Positions 10,371 to 20,065 of a stretch of 54,351 nucleotides of DNA are shown here, piece by piece. The notes below the pieces were generated by a model, which worked only from the letters and a program-made list of their open reading frames with translations, was not told where the DNA came from and ran no database searches. Source of the stretch: Promethearchaeota archaeon (lineage in GTDB: Archaea > Asgardarchaeota > Lokiarchaeia > Sigyniarchaeales > SOKP01); contig JBHLOI010000021.1 in assembly GCA_048940645.1 (NCBI GenBank), positions 1-54,351 of the forward strand. Reading direction: 5' to 3'. The stretch's first letter is position 1. The number at the start of each line of letters is the position of its first letter. The translations under genes and the position numbers were made by a program.

Positions 10371-10898
10371 TCACCTCTTTTCCATCTTTTCTAACGTCAA
10401 TTCTGTAAGTACTTCAAAAGTTTTATTGACATTTTGTCCAGTTTTGCTTGAAATTTCTCCGAATCCAGAGAAATTATTTCTTTCAGATATTTGAATCCCA
10501 AAATCTCTTGATATCTTGCGTTGAGTATTTAAATCTATTTTTGATCCAACAAGTACTATCGGAATTCCTCCAGCTTTTTGTCTTACGATACTTACCCACT
10601 CAGGTATATTATCTAAAGTGGGAGGCCGAGTCACATCATAGAGAAGGAAAGCAGCATTTGCTCCTAAACAATATGTAGGGAGTAAAAATCTAAATCTTTC
10701 TTCTCCTCCTACATCCCAAATTTGTAGTTTTATCTTCTTACCATGTAATTCTATGGTCTTAACAAGGAAATCTACCCCAATTGTTAATCGCTCCGCAGGG
10801 TTAAAAATATTATAACAATATCTTTTTGAAAAAGAAGTTTTCCCTACAGATGCGTCTCCCAATAAAAGAATTTTAAATGTATAATCATATGTTGGAAT
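10371..10898 (-). CDS. Rab-like small GTPase
   Basis: G1 GDASVGKTS, G2 TIGVDF, G3 WDVGGEERF, G4 GSKID, G5 ISSKTG. Extended from track start 10862 to ATT at 10898 to include YDYTFKILLL (beta-1); GGTG SD 7 nt upstream. Confidence 0.93.
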   Translation of the reverse strand: MPTYDYTFKILLLGDASVGKTSFSKRYCYNIFNPAERLTIGVDFLVKTIELHGKKIKLQIWDVGGEERFRFLLPTYCLGANAAFLLYDVTRPPTLDNIPEWVSIVRQKAGGIPIVLVGSKIDLNTQRKISRDFGIQISERNNFSGFGEISSKTGQNVNKTFEVLTELTLEKMEKR

Positions 10899-11138
10899 AT
10901 TATAACACCTTTTTAAAAATGATTTATATCCTCAACCAAATTAATTTTTTGATTTTATTGTTTTATTCTTCATTTATGCTATGTCGCTGAAATAGTGCTT
11001 AATATATCTCTTGATAGTTCTTTGATATTAGCTTATTATTATAATTAAAATTGTCTTTTTTAATTCTTTACTTTTCAAAACAAGTAAGTGATATTCTCGA
11101 CTAATAAAAGATAAACCTTTCAAGTTGAATAATAAAGA

Positions 11139-11678
11139 TTATTCTCTCAAAAAAATTTCTCTTAAGTTTTCATAAATAATTGGATTTAACTCTTTATCTA
11201 AATGATTTTTTAATTCATTCAAAATAATAGGATTATCTTTAAAATTGGCAAGATACCTAATTATACTCCAACGAACTGAATCATCTGGATCTTCCAATAG
11301 GGGTAATAAAAATTTAATATATTTAATATCATTATTTTCTTTAATTTTCATAACCGCACGAGCACGTATAATAAAATCTGGATTATATAATTGAGGTAAT
11401 AGATGATACTCAATAATTCCATCTTTTGTAAAATTTAATATGAATTGAAATAATTCCTTTTTAAAATTATGGGTTTGGTCTAATTCTTTAATGATACTTT
11501 CAATTGTGTATTTGGGGATTTTATTTCCTAATTTTAGCAGACTTTCAAAGGATATGAAAAAATTTTCCGAAATATCATACTTAAGATAATTTAAAAGCTT
11601 TTTAATAATTTTGTCGTTAACCTTTGAGACTTCTATTAAATCCCAGTTATCATCTTCCGTGTAATTTTTATTATCCAT
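11139..11678 (-). CDS. HEAT-repeat domain protein
   Basis: LYNPDFIIRARAV and LLEDPDDSVRWSII HEAT/PBS-lyase-like repeats. Confidence 0.75.
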   Translation of the reverse strand: MDNKNYTEDDNWDLIEVSKVNDKIIKKLLNYLKYDISENFFISFESLLKLGNKIPKYTIESIIKELDQTHNFKKELFQFILNFTKDGIIEYHLLPQLYNPDFIIRARAVMKIKENNDIKYIKFLLPLLEDPDDSVRWSIIRYLANFKDNPIILNELKNHLDKELNPIIYENLREIFLRE

Positions 11679-11923
11679 TGATTAATCTACTGTATCTTTG
11701 ATTAAAATTTTTAACTTGATTATAATAAAATTTACGCGATCTTATTTAATTAATTTATTATTAAAATGAAAATAATTAACTAGTTTACAAAAAATTTTAA
11801 TTTGTAAATTCTTTGAATTTCTACATTTAATAATACAATAATCTATAAGAAAATTTAGAGTAAGATACGATCAATTTTAAAAAAAATTCAAGGAGTATCA
11901 TGAGAATCTAGATTTAAAAAATC

Positions 11924-12790
11924 TTAGTGCCCAAATAATGAAAAAGTATTATTATAGAAAATATCTTGTTTTTCTTCATCATTGATTGGTAAACATAAAA
12001 TTTTAGAAATCTCGAGTTGTAGGGGATTCGTTACAGGAGCATCAGAACCAAAAAGAATTCTTTTACTCCCTACATTTCTAATTAGATTTAGAATCCCATA
12101 CGGGATTGAACAAGACGTCTCAAATAAAATATTTTTATATTTTTTCAAGCTTAATGATAAATCAAGAGCTAATTCCATTGCTAAAGCTGCATGTCCGATA
12201 ATGATTTTAAGATTTGGATATTTTGATGCAAGCTTTCCAATATCATTACTACTAATTCCGCTAAAAATGGCGAACTTTGGAGTGAAATGGATAAATAGGG
12301 GAAAATTTTGATTATAATTCTGCATAAAATCCACTAATTTTAATATATCCTTAGGAATTTTTATTAGATGAATACCAGAGTGAATTTTTACTCCACAGAA
12401 GCCTTTTTCAAAATGACTTTCTAAAATTTTATAACTCATATCTTCCTCTTCGTGAGGTATATTTGGATTAAACCAGAAGAATTTATAAAACCTTTTCGGG
12501 GCTTTTTCTGCGATATCTATGACATCTTGATGATCTAATTGATCCTTTGGCATAGCATTTTTCATACGTTCGAATATTTTTGATACTTCACTATCTTCTT
12601 TAATATTTTTCCTCGTTCCTTCCTTTTCTTTAGAATAGATTTTAGAACTTACTGCTCTGTTTATTGTTGTTAAAACCGCTTTTTCAACATTGTGTTTATC
12701 CATATAACTAATTAGATTTTCACTCTTATCTAAAAAGGACCCAAAAGTATGTATGTGAGCATCAAAAATCTTAAATTTTAACTCTTCTAT
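11924..12790 (-). CDS. Amidohydrolase family 2 protein (TIM-barrel metallohydrolase)
   Basis: GVKIH, FIH, IIGH and ILFGSDAP motifs. The metal-binding DAHIH lies upstream of track start 12703, so the start is placed at ATA 12790 (GGTG SD 7 nt upstream). Confidence 0.88.
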   Translation of the reverse strand: MEELKFKIFDAHIHTFGSFLDKSENLISYMDKHNVEKAVLTTINRAVSSKIYSKEKEGTRKNIKEDSEVSKIFERMKNAMPKDQLDHQDVIDIAEKAPKRFYKFFWFNPNIPHEEEDMSYKILESHFEKGFCGVKIHSGIHLIKIPKDILKLVDFMQNYNQNFPLFIHFTPKFAIFSGISSNDIGKLASKYPNLKIIIGHAALAMELALDLSLSLKKYKNILFETSCSIPYGILNLIRNVGSKRILFGSDAPVTNPLQLEISKILCLPINDEEKQDIFYNNTFSLFGH

Positions 12791-12852
12791 TTTAAAACAC
12801 CAAATTTTTAAATTGATAATAAAACACTATTTAAATTAATTTAAGAAAATTA

Positions 12853-13764
12853 CTACTGGTATTCATTAGCCATTGGATTTTTATCCATACAAGGAACATC
12901 AAACTGGCAAAACGCACAACCAACAGGGTAAACTTCAGGTCTTAATTTTCCATTTACTCTTCTTATGTGAGGTTTTAAGATTTGCCCTATTCTTTGAATC
13001 ATTTTCCTTGCTACTTTTTGGCCATATTCATAACATTTTATCTTATCATGTCCATGCTTAGTTATGGCTTTACCTGGACACTTTTTTTCACATTCTCTAC
13101 AAATTCCTTTACCATAAAATAGACAATTTTTATATGGATCATCCGTCTTTCTATTATTTACCTTAAAAGGAGCGTTTGTTATAATTGAAGCAAGCCGGAT
13201 GTTGCAACCAATATCTGTTATCAATCCTTCATGTAAACTAAAGCTTCCCAATCCAGCGGCAAACGCGATATGTCGTTCAGACCATGTTGAATGAAATCCA
13301 CCTTTTACAATGATGGTAAATGATTCACTTAACATTCCAGCAACTGATCTATATCCCCTCTTTATTAGAAATTTAATTGTCTGTCTTAATGTTTCAGCTT
13401 TAAAAGCATTTGCATAATTTCGACCAAGCGAATAGATTTCAGCAGGTAATTTAATTCGTAGTAGTTGTATGGGATTTCTACTTTCTTTTCGAATTTCATT
13501 ACTAAATGGAAAAACTATAGATATAATTCGCAGTTTTGACGGTGATATACTCTCTTGTCCAGAAGTTAACCACATTTCAATTGGAGTTAAATGTTCAGGG
13601 CCGACTACCTCTTTAAACTTTTTAAATATTGGATCATTACCATTGGCAACCCCTATTATTGGAGATGAAAAAATTCGTCCCCCTCCATATGTTTCATGAA
13701 GTTTATTCAAATCACTACTGGAAAAAAATTCCTCCAAAAACTCTAATAATTCGTTATTAAGCAT
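12853..13764 (-). CDS. Epoxyqueuosine reductase (QueG)-like Fe-S protein
   Basis: WSERHIAFAAGLG, RLASIIT, CLFY-x4-CxxCxxxCP and CAFCQFDVPC cluster motifs. Confidence 0.72.
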   Translation of the reverse strand: MLNNELLEFLEEFFSSSDLNKLHETYGGGRIFSSPIIGVANGNDPIFKKFKEVVGPEHLTPIEMWLTSGQESISPSKLRIISIVFPFSNEIRKESRNPIQLLRIKLPAEIYSLGRNYANAFKAETLRQTIKFLIKRGYRSVAGMLSESFTIIVKGGFHSTWSERHIAFAAGLGSFSLHEGLITDIGCNIRLASIITNAPFKVNNRKTDDPYKNCLFYGKGICRECEKKCPGKAITKHGHDKIKCYEYGQKVARKMIQRIGQILKPHIRRVNGKLRPEVYPVGCAFCQFDVPCMDKNPMANEYQ

Positions 13765-13925
13765 TATTATATGAAATTTTTAGGAATTCAATTGTAATTA
13801 ATATTTTGTTTAATCAGATAAATCATTATATACATCTGATAGATATTGGAAAATAAAATATAAAAGAAAATGTTATTTAAAGGATTACATAATCCAATTG
13901 TTTTTAAAAAAAGTGTAAAAAGATT

Positions 13926-15323
13926 ATGGAAAGATTTGAAGAAATTGAACAGAAAGTAGTAGATTTAATGAGAGAATTTAAAATTCCCGGACTTTCAATT
14001 GGAATTGTTGAGCATGGAAAGCCTATATATGCTAAAGGATTTGGAACAAGAAATATAGAAAAGAATCTCCCATTTACAGAAAATACATTATTTGGAATCG
14101 GTTCTATCTCTAAATCATTTACAGCTCTAGCTTTATTCCAACTTGTTCAAGAGGGAAAAATTAACCTTCAAGATCCTGTGAACAAATATCTTAATTTTAA
14201 ATTAGGGGATGATAAAAATCCAATAAAAATATGTCATTTATTATCACATACCTCTGGCATTCCTGAATTAAGCGGTAATGTAGTAGCACTAGTACGTCAA
14301 CTTGGGAATTATGATGTCACAGTTCCTATGAGTAGCTGGAATGATTTCTTTCTCCATATTAATAATGCAGCTACAGAAATTTTTGATGTACCTGATAAAA
14401 AATTCTTTTATAATAATGATATGTTTACTTGTGTTGGCCTTATCATCGAAAAATTAACAAACATGAAATTTGAAATGTATATGAGAAAATATATACTTAA
14501 TCCTTTAAATATGCTTAGGTCCATTTACTTAAAAGAAGAATTTGAAAAAAATAATGATGTGCTAACAGGTTATATTCCTAATGAAGAAAATGAACAATAT
14601 AAAGAGACTTCTCATCCATTTGATAAGATTGTTTATGCTCCTGGAGGATTAGTAAGCTCAGCAAAAGATATGCAAAATTATATAATTACCTTGATTAATG
14701 GGGGTGAGTTTAATAATTCGAGGATTATTCAACAATCATTATTAGAGCAAATGTGGACTCCTTATATAAAAATACCAGAAGAAACTCTTGGGGGTAAAAA
14801 TGCATGGTATGGCTTTGGTTGGGTTATAGAAAAGGATTTTTTCGGGCATAGATTAATTCAACATGGAGGGGATGTTGGATCTTCTACTGCATTTTTAGCA
14901 CTACTTCCAGAAGAAAAAATGGGAGTTATAATCGGAGCAAATTGTAATGCATCAATTGTTTTAAACTCTTTAGCATACCTTATCCTTGGATTCCTTCTAG
15001 GAATAGAAATCAACAACACAACTCCTGCTCTAAATATATATAAGAAATTGAAGTTTCTAACAGGAAAATATTCAACTTATAAGAACCTCGAAAACATAAA
15101 TATCTCATTCGAAAATGACATTCTTTATGCTGAAATTAAAGAATCTTTAGATTTTTTTATACCCGTTAAATTACCCCTTGTTCCTGAAAATATTGACGAA
15201 TTAAAATTTTATGTACCAACTGTTTACCCAAACAGAAAAATAAAAGTTCAATTTTTTATTGATGAAAATACAGAAAAAGTTTATTTTACTTTTGATAGAT
15301 ATTATTTTCATAAAAAAAAATAG
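13926..15323 (+). CDS. Serine hydrolase, beta-lactamase/penicillin-recognising family (D-peptidase/Pab87-like)
   Basis: SxxK (SISK), LLSHTSG, YxN (YNN), HGG motifs; extra C-terminal domain. Confidence 0.88.
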   Translation: MERFEEIEQKVVDLMREFKIPGLSIGIVEHGKPIYAKGFGTRNIEKNLPFTENTLFGIGSISKSFTALALFQLVQEGKINLQDPVNKYLNFKLGDDKNPIKICHLLSHTSGIPELSGNVVALVRQLGNYDVTVPMSSWNDFFLHINNAATEIFDVPDKKFFYNNDMFTCVGLIIEKLTNMKFEMYMRKYILNPLNMLRSIYLKEEFEKNNDVLTGYIPNEENEQYKETSHPFDKIVYAPGGLVSSAKDMQNYIITLINGGEFNNSRIIQQSLLEQMWTPYIKIPEETLGGKNAWYGFGWVIEKDFFGHRLIQHGGDVGSSTAFLALLPEEKMGVIIGANCNASIVLNSLAYLILGFLLGIEINNTTPALNIYKKLKFLTGKYSTYKNLENINISFENDILYAEIKESLDFFIPVKLPLVPENIDELKFYVPTVYPNRKIKVQFFIDENTEKVYFTFDRYYFHKKK

Positions 15324-15334
15324 ATTTAGACATC

Positions 15335-17257
15335 ATGTCGCTTAAAATTAAAAAAGAATGGTTCATTGATGAGAAAGGACGAAGTGTGCTTTTAAGGGGA
15401 GTAAATTTGGGTGGGAGTTCAAAAGTCCCATTTACTCCAAATGGAGCAACTCATCTTAAAACAGATTTCACTAATCATCGAAATGTTTCATTTATTGATC
15501 GGCCATTCCCAATAGAGGAAGCTAATCAACATCTTAAAAGATTGAAACATTGGGGATTCAATTGCTTACGATTTTTAATTACTTGGGAGGCAATAGAACA
15601 TAAAGGTCCAAAAGAGTATGACAAAGAGTATCTTGATTATATAGAAGAAGTATTAAATATTGCATCTGAATTTGGTTTTTACACTTTTATTGATCCTCAT
15701 CAAGATGTTTGGAGTCGCATGTCCGGGGGAGACGGTGCACCAGGCTGGACTTTTGAAAAAATTGGTCTAGATTTTACGAAATTTGATGCCTCTGAGGCTG
15801 CGTTAGTAATGCAGTACAGATATGATTCTAATAATCCTAATATGTATCCTCCAATGCACTGGTCCAGTAATGCTATGAGATTTGCGAATGGAACTATGTG
15901 GACTTTGTTTTTTGGAGGAAAAAGTTTTGCACCGTCATGCGTTATTGATGGAATAAATGCTCAAGATTATTTACAACAACATTACATTAATGCGATTAAA
16001 CAAGTAGCATTAAGAGTTAAAGATAATCCTTATGTGCTCGGATTTGATACCCTAAATGAACCAGAACAAGGCTGGATTGAAAAAAGGGTTGATGGTGTTG
16101 GAGCTGAAAAATTTAGCGAAGAGTTAGGTTATAATTTTACACCTTTTGATGCAATGCTAACTGGCTCAGGCTATACGAGAACGATTGGATTTAAGGAGAT
16201 TAAACGATTTGGCATTAAAGAAACAAGAAGAGATGAATTAAATAAAGGAAAAGTTTCATGTTGGCTGGAGGATGCTGAAGATATTTGGAGAAAAGAAGGT
16301 ATATGGGAATTAGATAGAAATGGAGAACCACAAATTTTAAATAATGACTATTTTGTAGTTAAAGATCATAAAAAGGTCGACTTTTATCAAGATTATTTAT
16401 CACCGTTTATAGAAAAGTATACTAAAAATATTAGAGAAATCATTCCTGATTCTATAATATTTTTTGAAAGTCATCCAATAAGAATGCTAAAAGGAGAAAG
16501 TTCAACCTTTAAAGTACCAGAAAATGCGGTACATGCAGGACATTGGTATGATGGAGCCACACTGGGTACAAAACGCCCTATGATAAAAGCAAATTATGAT
16601 CTTTCAGAGGAAAAAATAGTTATGGGAAAAGGAAATGTTCAAGAGATGTTTATTCGGCAACTTAGTAATATTAAAAGTATTGCAAAATCAATCCATGGCG
16701 GAATTCCAACTTTAATAGGGGAATTTGGATTACCATTTGACATCAATAATAAAGAGGCTTATCAAAAATTTAAAACAGACCCAGATATAGCTTGGAAAAA
16801 GCACATTAAACTGTTAACAATGTACTATAATGCCTTGGATGCAAGTCTATTACACTCAACCCAATGGAATTATACTGCAGATAATACAAATGATTGGGGA
16901 GACCAGTGGAATTTAGAAGATCTTTCAATTTTCAGCAGAAGCCAACAACTTAATGCTGAAGACATAAATAGTGGTGGTAGAGCAATTAAGGGATTTTGTC
17001 GCCCAAGAGTTGTTCGATGTGGAGGAACCCCAATAAAAATGGAATTTGATATTAAAGAAGGCAATTTCTATTTTGAATTCGATGGTGATTCTTCAATTAG
17101 AGCTCCTACGATTTTATACATTCCAAAAATACAATATCCAAGAGGCTATGAAATAAAAGTATCTGAAGGAGAAATTGAGAAAAGAGCAGAAGAACAATTA
17201 ATTTCGATACAAATAAAAGAAGATGGAGTTCATAGATTAAAGATAATGAGAATTTAA
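15335..17257 (+). CDS. Glycoside hydrolase family 5, endoglycoceramidase-related (EGCrP/GH5_12-like) with C-terminal beta domain
   Basis: LRGVNLGG, HQDVWSRMSGGDGAPGWT, acid/base NEP, nucleophile IGEFG, WNY...GDQWNLEDLSIFS, GGRA..GFCRP. Confidence 0.85.
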   Translation: MSLKIKKEWFIDEKGRSVLLRGVNLGGSSKVPFTPNGATHLKTDFTNHRNVSFIDRPFPIEEANQHLKRLKHWGFNCLRFLITWEAIEHKGPKEYDKEYLDYIEEVLNIASEFGFYTFIDPHQDVWSRMSGGDGAPGWTFEKIGLDFTKFDASEAALVMQYRYDSNNPNMYPPMHWSSNAMRFANGTMWTLFFGGKSFAPSCVIDGINAQDYLQQHYINAIKQVALRVKDNPYVLGFDTLNEPEQGWIEKRVDGVGAEKFSEELGYNFTPFDAMLTGSGYTRTIGFKEIKRFGIKETRRDELNKGKVSCWLEDAEDIWRKEGIWELDRNGEPQILNNDYFVVKDHKKVDFYQDYLSPFIEKYTKNIREIIPDSIIFFESHPIRMLKGESSTFKVPENAVHAGHWYDGATLGTKRPMIKANYDLSEEKIVMGKGNVQEMFIRQLSNIKSIAKSIHGGIPTLIGEFGLPFDINNKEAYQKFKTDPDIAWKKHIKLLTMYYNALDASLLHSTQWNYTADNTNDWGDQWNLEDLSIFSRSQQLNAEDINSGGRAIKGFCRPRVVRCGGTPIKMEFDIKEGNFYFEFDGDSSIRAPTILYIPKIQYPRGYEIKVSEGEIEKRAEEQLISIQIKEDGVHRLKIMRI

Positions 17258-17288
17258 AGAGTTTTAAAAAATATAATAATGAGCTAAA

Positions 17289-18446
17289 TCATAGTTCCCA
17301 TTTGATATGCTCATAATTTTTTTTCACTACTGTATCTAATCCTTCTAAAATGCTCCTTGTACCTGTTGTATTGTAAATTTTCATTAAATCATCCATTGTT
17401 GCAAAACCTCCTTTTTTAGCAGAAAGATAAGAAAGAAGGACTATAGCTACTCCTTGTTTGGCTTGCTCAGGAGTGAACTCAGGAGTTTTATCTTCTAAAA
17501 TACATTCAGCAAAATAAGCATCTTCATAACCCATAGATATTTTGTAATATTTAGGAAATGGTCCATGTTCAATTGTAGGGCTATAGAATTCTCCTTTGAC
17601 CTCTGCATCTAAATGTGAAGAAAAAATCTGAACTGGTTTTTCCCAAGAATGATCCTCAAGAATAGTACCTTTCGTACCGTGTAACTCTGTTCTATTGGTT
17701 AAAGGATGGATTGTTAAAGATGAAATATCGACTGTAATCATTGCCCCACTCCTGTATCGTAAAAGTATAATGGCTGTATCCTCTCCTTTATTAGGAGGTG
17801 AATTTATAGCTTTTCCTAGCCAAGATTGTGCAGAATAAACCTCACCCAAAAGCCAATTCAAAAAAGTAAATTTATGAACTCCCTGATCTGCTACAACTCC
17901 GCCTCCACCTTTATCATAGGTAAAATTCCATTTATTGGGATCAAGAAATTGATCCGCAGTAACAAATGCTCCCTCATAAGACCGCCCGAAAAAAACATCT
18001 CCGATAAGACCACGATCTATAATATCTTTTATATATTGATGAGCTGGAAGAAAGCGGTGATTTTCTGCAATCATAAATTTAATTCCTGCTTTCTTAGTCG
18101 CCGCAATCATATCATCACACTCTTCAAGTGTGATTGCCATTGGTTTTTCACAAATAACATGTTTTCCAGCTTCAGCTGCCGCAACAACGATATCTTTATG
18201 AAGATAATGAGGTACCATGACGAGAACAGCATCAATATCGCTTTTAAAAAAACCATCTAATTTTGAATAAGTTTTTAGCTTAGAAAATTTCGCTGCTCTA
18301 TTTAAGTTTCTCTCATTGGTATCATATGCTGAAATAAACTTAATTTTTGGATTATTCTTAGCACCAAGCCGGTGATAGCCCCATACAGCACCAGTTCCAA
18401 TTATACCAAATTTTACAAAATCCATAATGCTATACCTTTTAGACAT
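17289..18446 (-). CDS. Gfo/Idh/MocA family oxidoreductase
   Basis: GIIGTG, GKHVICEKP, GGGVVADQGVH. Confidence 0.9.
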   Translation of the reverse strand: MSKRYSIMDFVKFGIIGTGAVWGYHRLGAKNNPKIKFISAYDTNERNLNRAAKFSKLKTYSKLDGFFKSDIDAVLVMVPHYLHKDIVVAAAEAGKHVICEKPMAITLEECDDMIAATKKAGIKFMIAENHRFLPAHQYIKDIIDRGLIGDVFFGRSYEGAFVTADQFLDPNKWNFTYDKGGGGVVADQGVHKFTFLNWLLGEVYSAQSWLGKAINSPPNKGEDTAIILLRYRSGAMITVDISSLTIHPLTNRTELHGTKGTILEDHSWEKPVQIFSSHLDAEVKGEFYSPTIEHGPFPKYYKISMGYEDAYFAECILEDKTPEFTPEQAKQGVAIVLLSYLSAKKGGFATMDDLMKIYNTTGTRSILEGLDTVVKKNYEHIKWEL

Positions 18447-18464
18447 TATTAATAATTATATTCT

Positions 18465-19589
18465 CTATTTTACGAAAATATTTTTATCTAAACTGGAAAG
18501 TCTTTCACAACCAGATTTAGTAATCCTATAGCAATCTTCTATTCCTATCAATCCTTGATTCTTGAAATTCTGCCAAACTTCAATATCAAATACCATATTC
18601 ATTTCAAATGACCTCTCAAGTTTTTTCATTGGACTGAATAAATGGATTTCTTCAACTTCTAACCCAATACTATGCCCCGTGATAAAGCATCTCCCTCGTT
18701 TAGCTAAGGATTTATGAAAATTATTCGCATCAGTATATAATTCTTTCATATTCACTCCTGGTTTAATATTTTTGGCACAAAATTCTTGAACTTTAATCAT
18801 TCGGTCCATAGTTTCCTCAGCACCTTCAGGTATTTGTCCAATCACCATTTCCCTACTAACATCAGAAACATAACCTTTCCAAATTGTTCCGATATCAAAT
18901 CTATTAAGATCTCCTGATTTCATGGAAATCCCAATTCCTGGAGCCTCGGGATCAGAAGGCCCAAAATTCATAGTAAGGTGATCCCATCCTTCTGCTCCCT
19001 CATCAACTATTGTTCTTCGGGCTATTTGCAATAACTCATTATCAGTTAACCCTTCTCGAGCTTCGTCTATCATTGCTTTTATTGCCTTTTCGGAAATTTC
19101 TGTAGATTTCTTTATACGCCTTACTTCTTCTTCTGATTTAATCAATCGCATGTCTAATAATGCTTGATCTCCATTAATAAAATTTGCATTGGGAAATCTT
19201 TTTCTTAAGAATTCAGATTGATAGGATGGCATTAAAGATTCATAAGCAATTTTTTTTTCTGATAAACCCCATTTTTCAATTCTATCGGAAACTTCTACCA
19301 TTGCTGCCTTAGGCGAGCCAATTCCACTAACATCTTTAACCCATGAAAATTTATCTACGCTATTGTATGTTATCCAAGTAATTAAACTTTCTTCACCATT
19401 TCTTTTTACCAAAGAGAGGCTAGGGAACTGATTATATAACACATATAGAATAGGATTAGGTGCCACGTGTAATGTAGGCAAACCTGTAGTATAAAATACA
19501 TTAATAGGACTAGCCACAACTAAAACGTCTATATCGTGCTTTTCTAAAATATCCTGTGCCTTTTGTTTACTAAAACCAATTGGTTCCAT
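18465..19589 (-). CDS. M24 family (Xaa-Pro peptidase/creatinase-like) metallopeptidase
   Basis: RLIKSEEE, D-x10-D (DIGTIWKGYVSD), GHSIGLEV, DIE, GIED. Confidence 0.85.
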   Translation of the reverse strand: MEPIGFSKQKAQDILEKHDIDVLVVASPINVFYTTGLPTLHVAPNPILYVLYNQFPSLSLVKRNGEESLITWITYNSVDKFSWVKDVSGIGSPKAAMVEVSDRIEKWGLSEKKIAYESLMPSYQSEFLRKRFPNANFINGDQALLDMRLIKSEEEVRRIKKSTEISEKAIKAMIDEAREGLTDNELLQIARRTIVDEGAEGWDHLTMNFGPSDPEAPGIGISMKSGDLNRFDIGTIWKGYVSDVSREMVIGQIPEGAEETMDRMIKVQEFCAKNIKPGVNMKELYTDANNFHKSLAKRGRCFITGHSIGLEVEEIHLFSPMKKLERSFEMNMVFDIEVWQNFKNQGLIGIEDCYRITKSGCERLSSLDKNIFVK

Positions 19590-19628
19590 TTTTTATCATA
19601 TTCTTTCTCTAGATAATTTATTTTAAAG

Positions 19629-19970
19629 CTAATCAATGTCCATAAATATTTCTAATCTTTGCAATGCATTCATATCTCCCTTTGTTTTAAGTTCCCCCTC
19701 CATGAATGCTTCCATAGGATCAATTTCTCCAGTAGCAATGCCCACAAAAATGTCAGAGGTAGTCTCTAAACCCATTTCAGCATTTTCATCGAACCCCTCT
19801 TCTATTTTAGCTGTTTTATTCTTAAAAATCATTTTTAATTTGAAATCAATATCAGCAAATACAAATTGCATTGTCTTATTAAAACCTTCAAATTCTTCTG
19901 CAATTTCTGGATCATCCAATGCTTTAGCCCATTTATTCAAAGCCTCTTTAACTTGTTCAATTGTTGCCAT
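19629..19970 (-). CDS. SCP2 sterol/lipid-binding domain protein
   Basis: GEIDPMEAFMEGELKTKGDM signature; ATG at 19970 with GGTG SD (the track's GTG start at 19979 lies in the SD). Confidence 0.88.
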   Translation of the reverse strand: MATIEQVKEALNKWAKALDDPEIAEEFEGFNKTMQFVFADIDFKLKMIFKNKTAKIEEGFDENAEMGLETTSDIFVGIATGEIDPMEAFMEGELKTKGDMNALQRLEIFMDID

Positions 19971-20065
19971 TAAATACACCTTTTACATTACTTTAGTTTA
20001 TATTTATAATTTCTAATTCAAATTTAGTTATAAAGTTAATAAAATTATAAAAAATATTTAATTTT

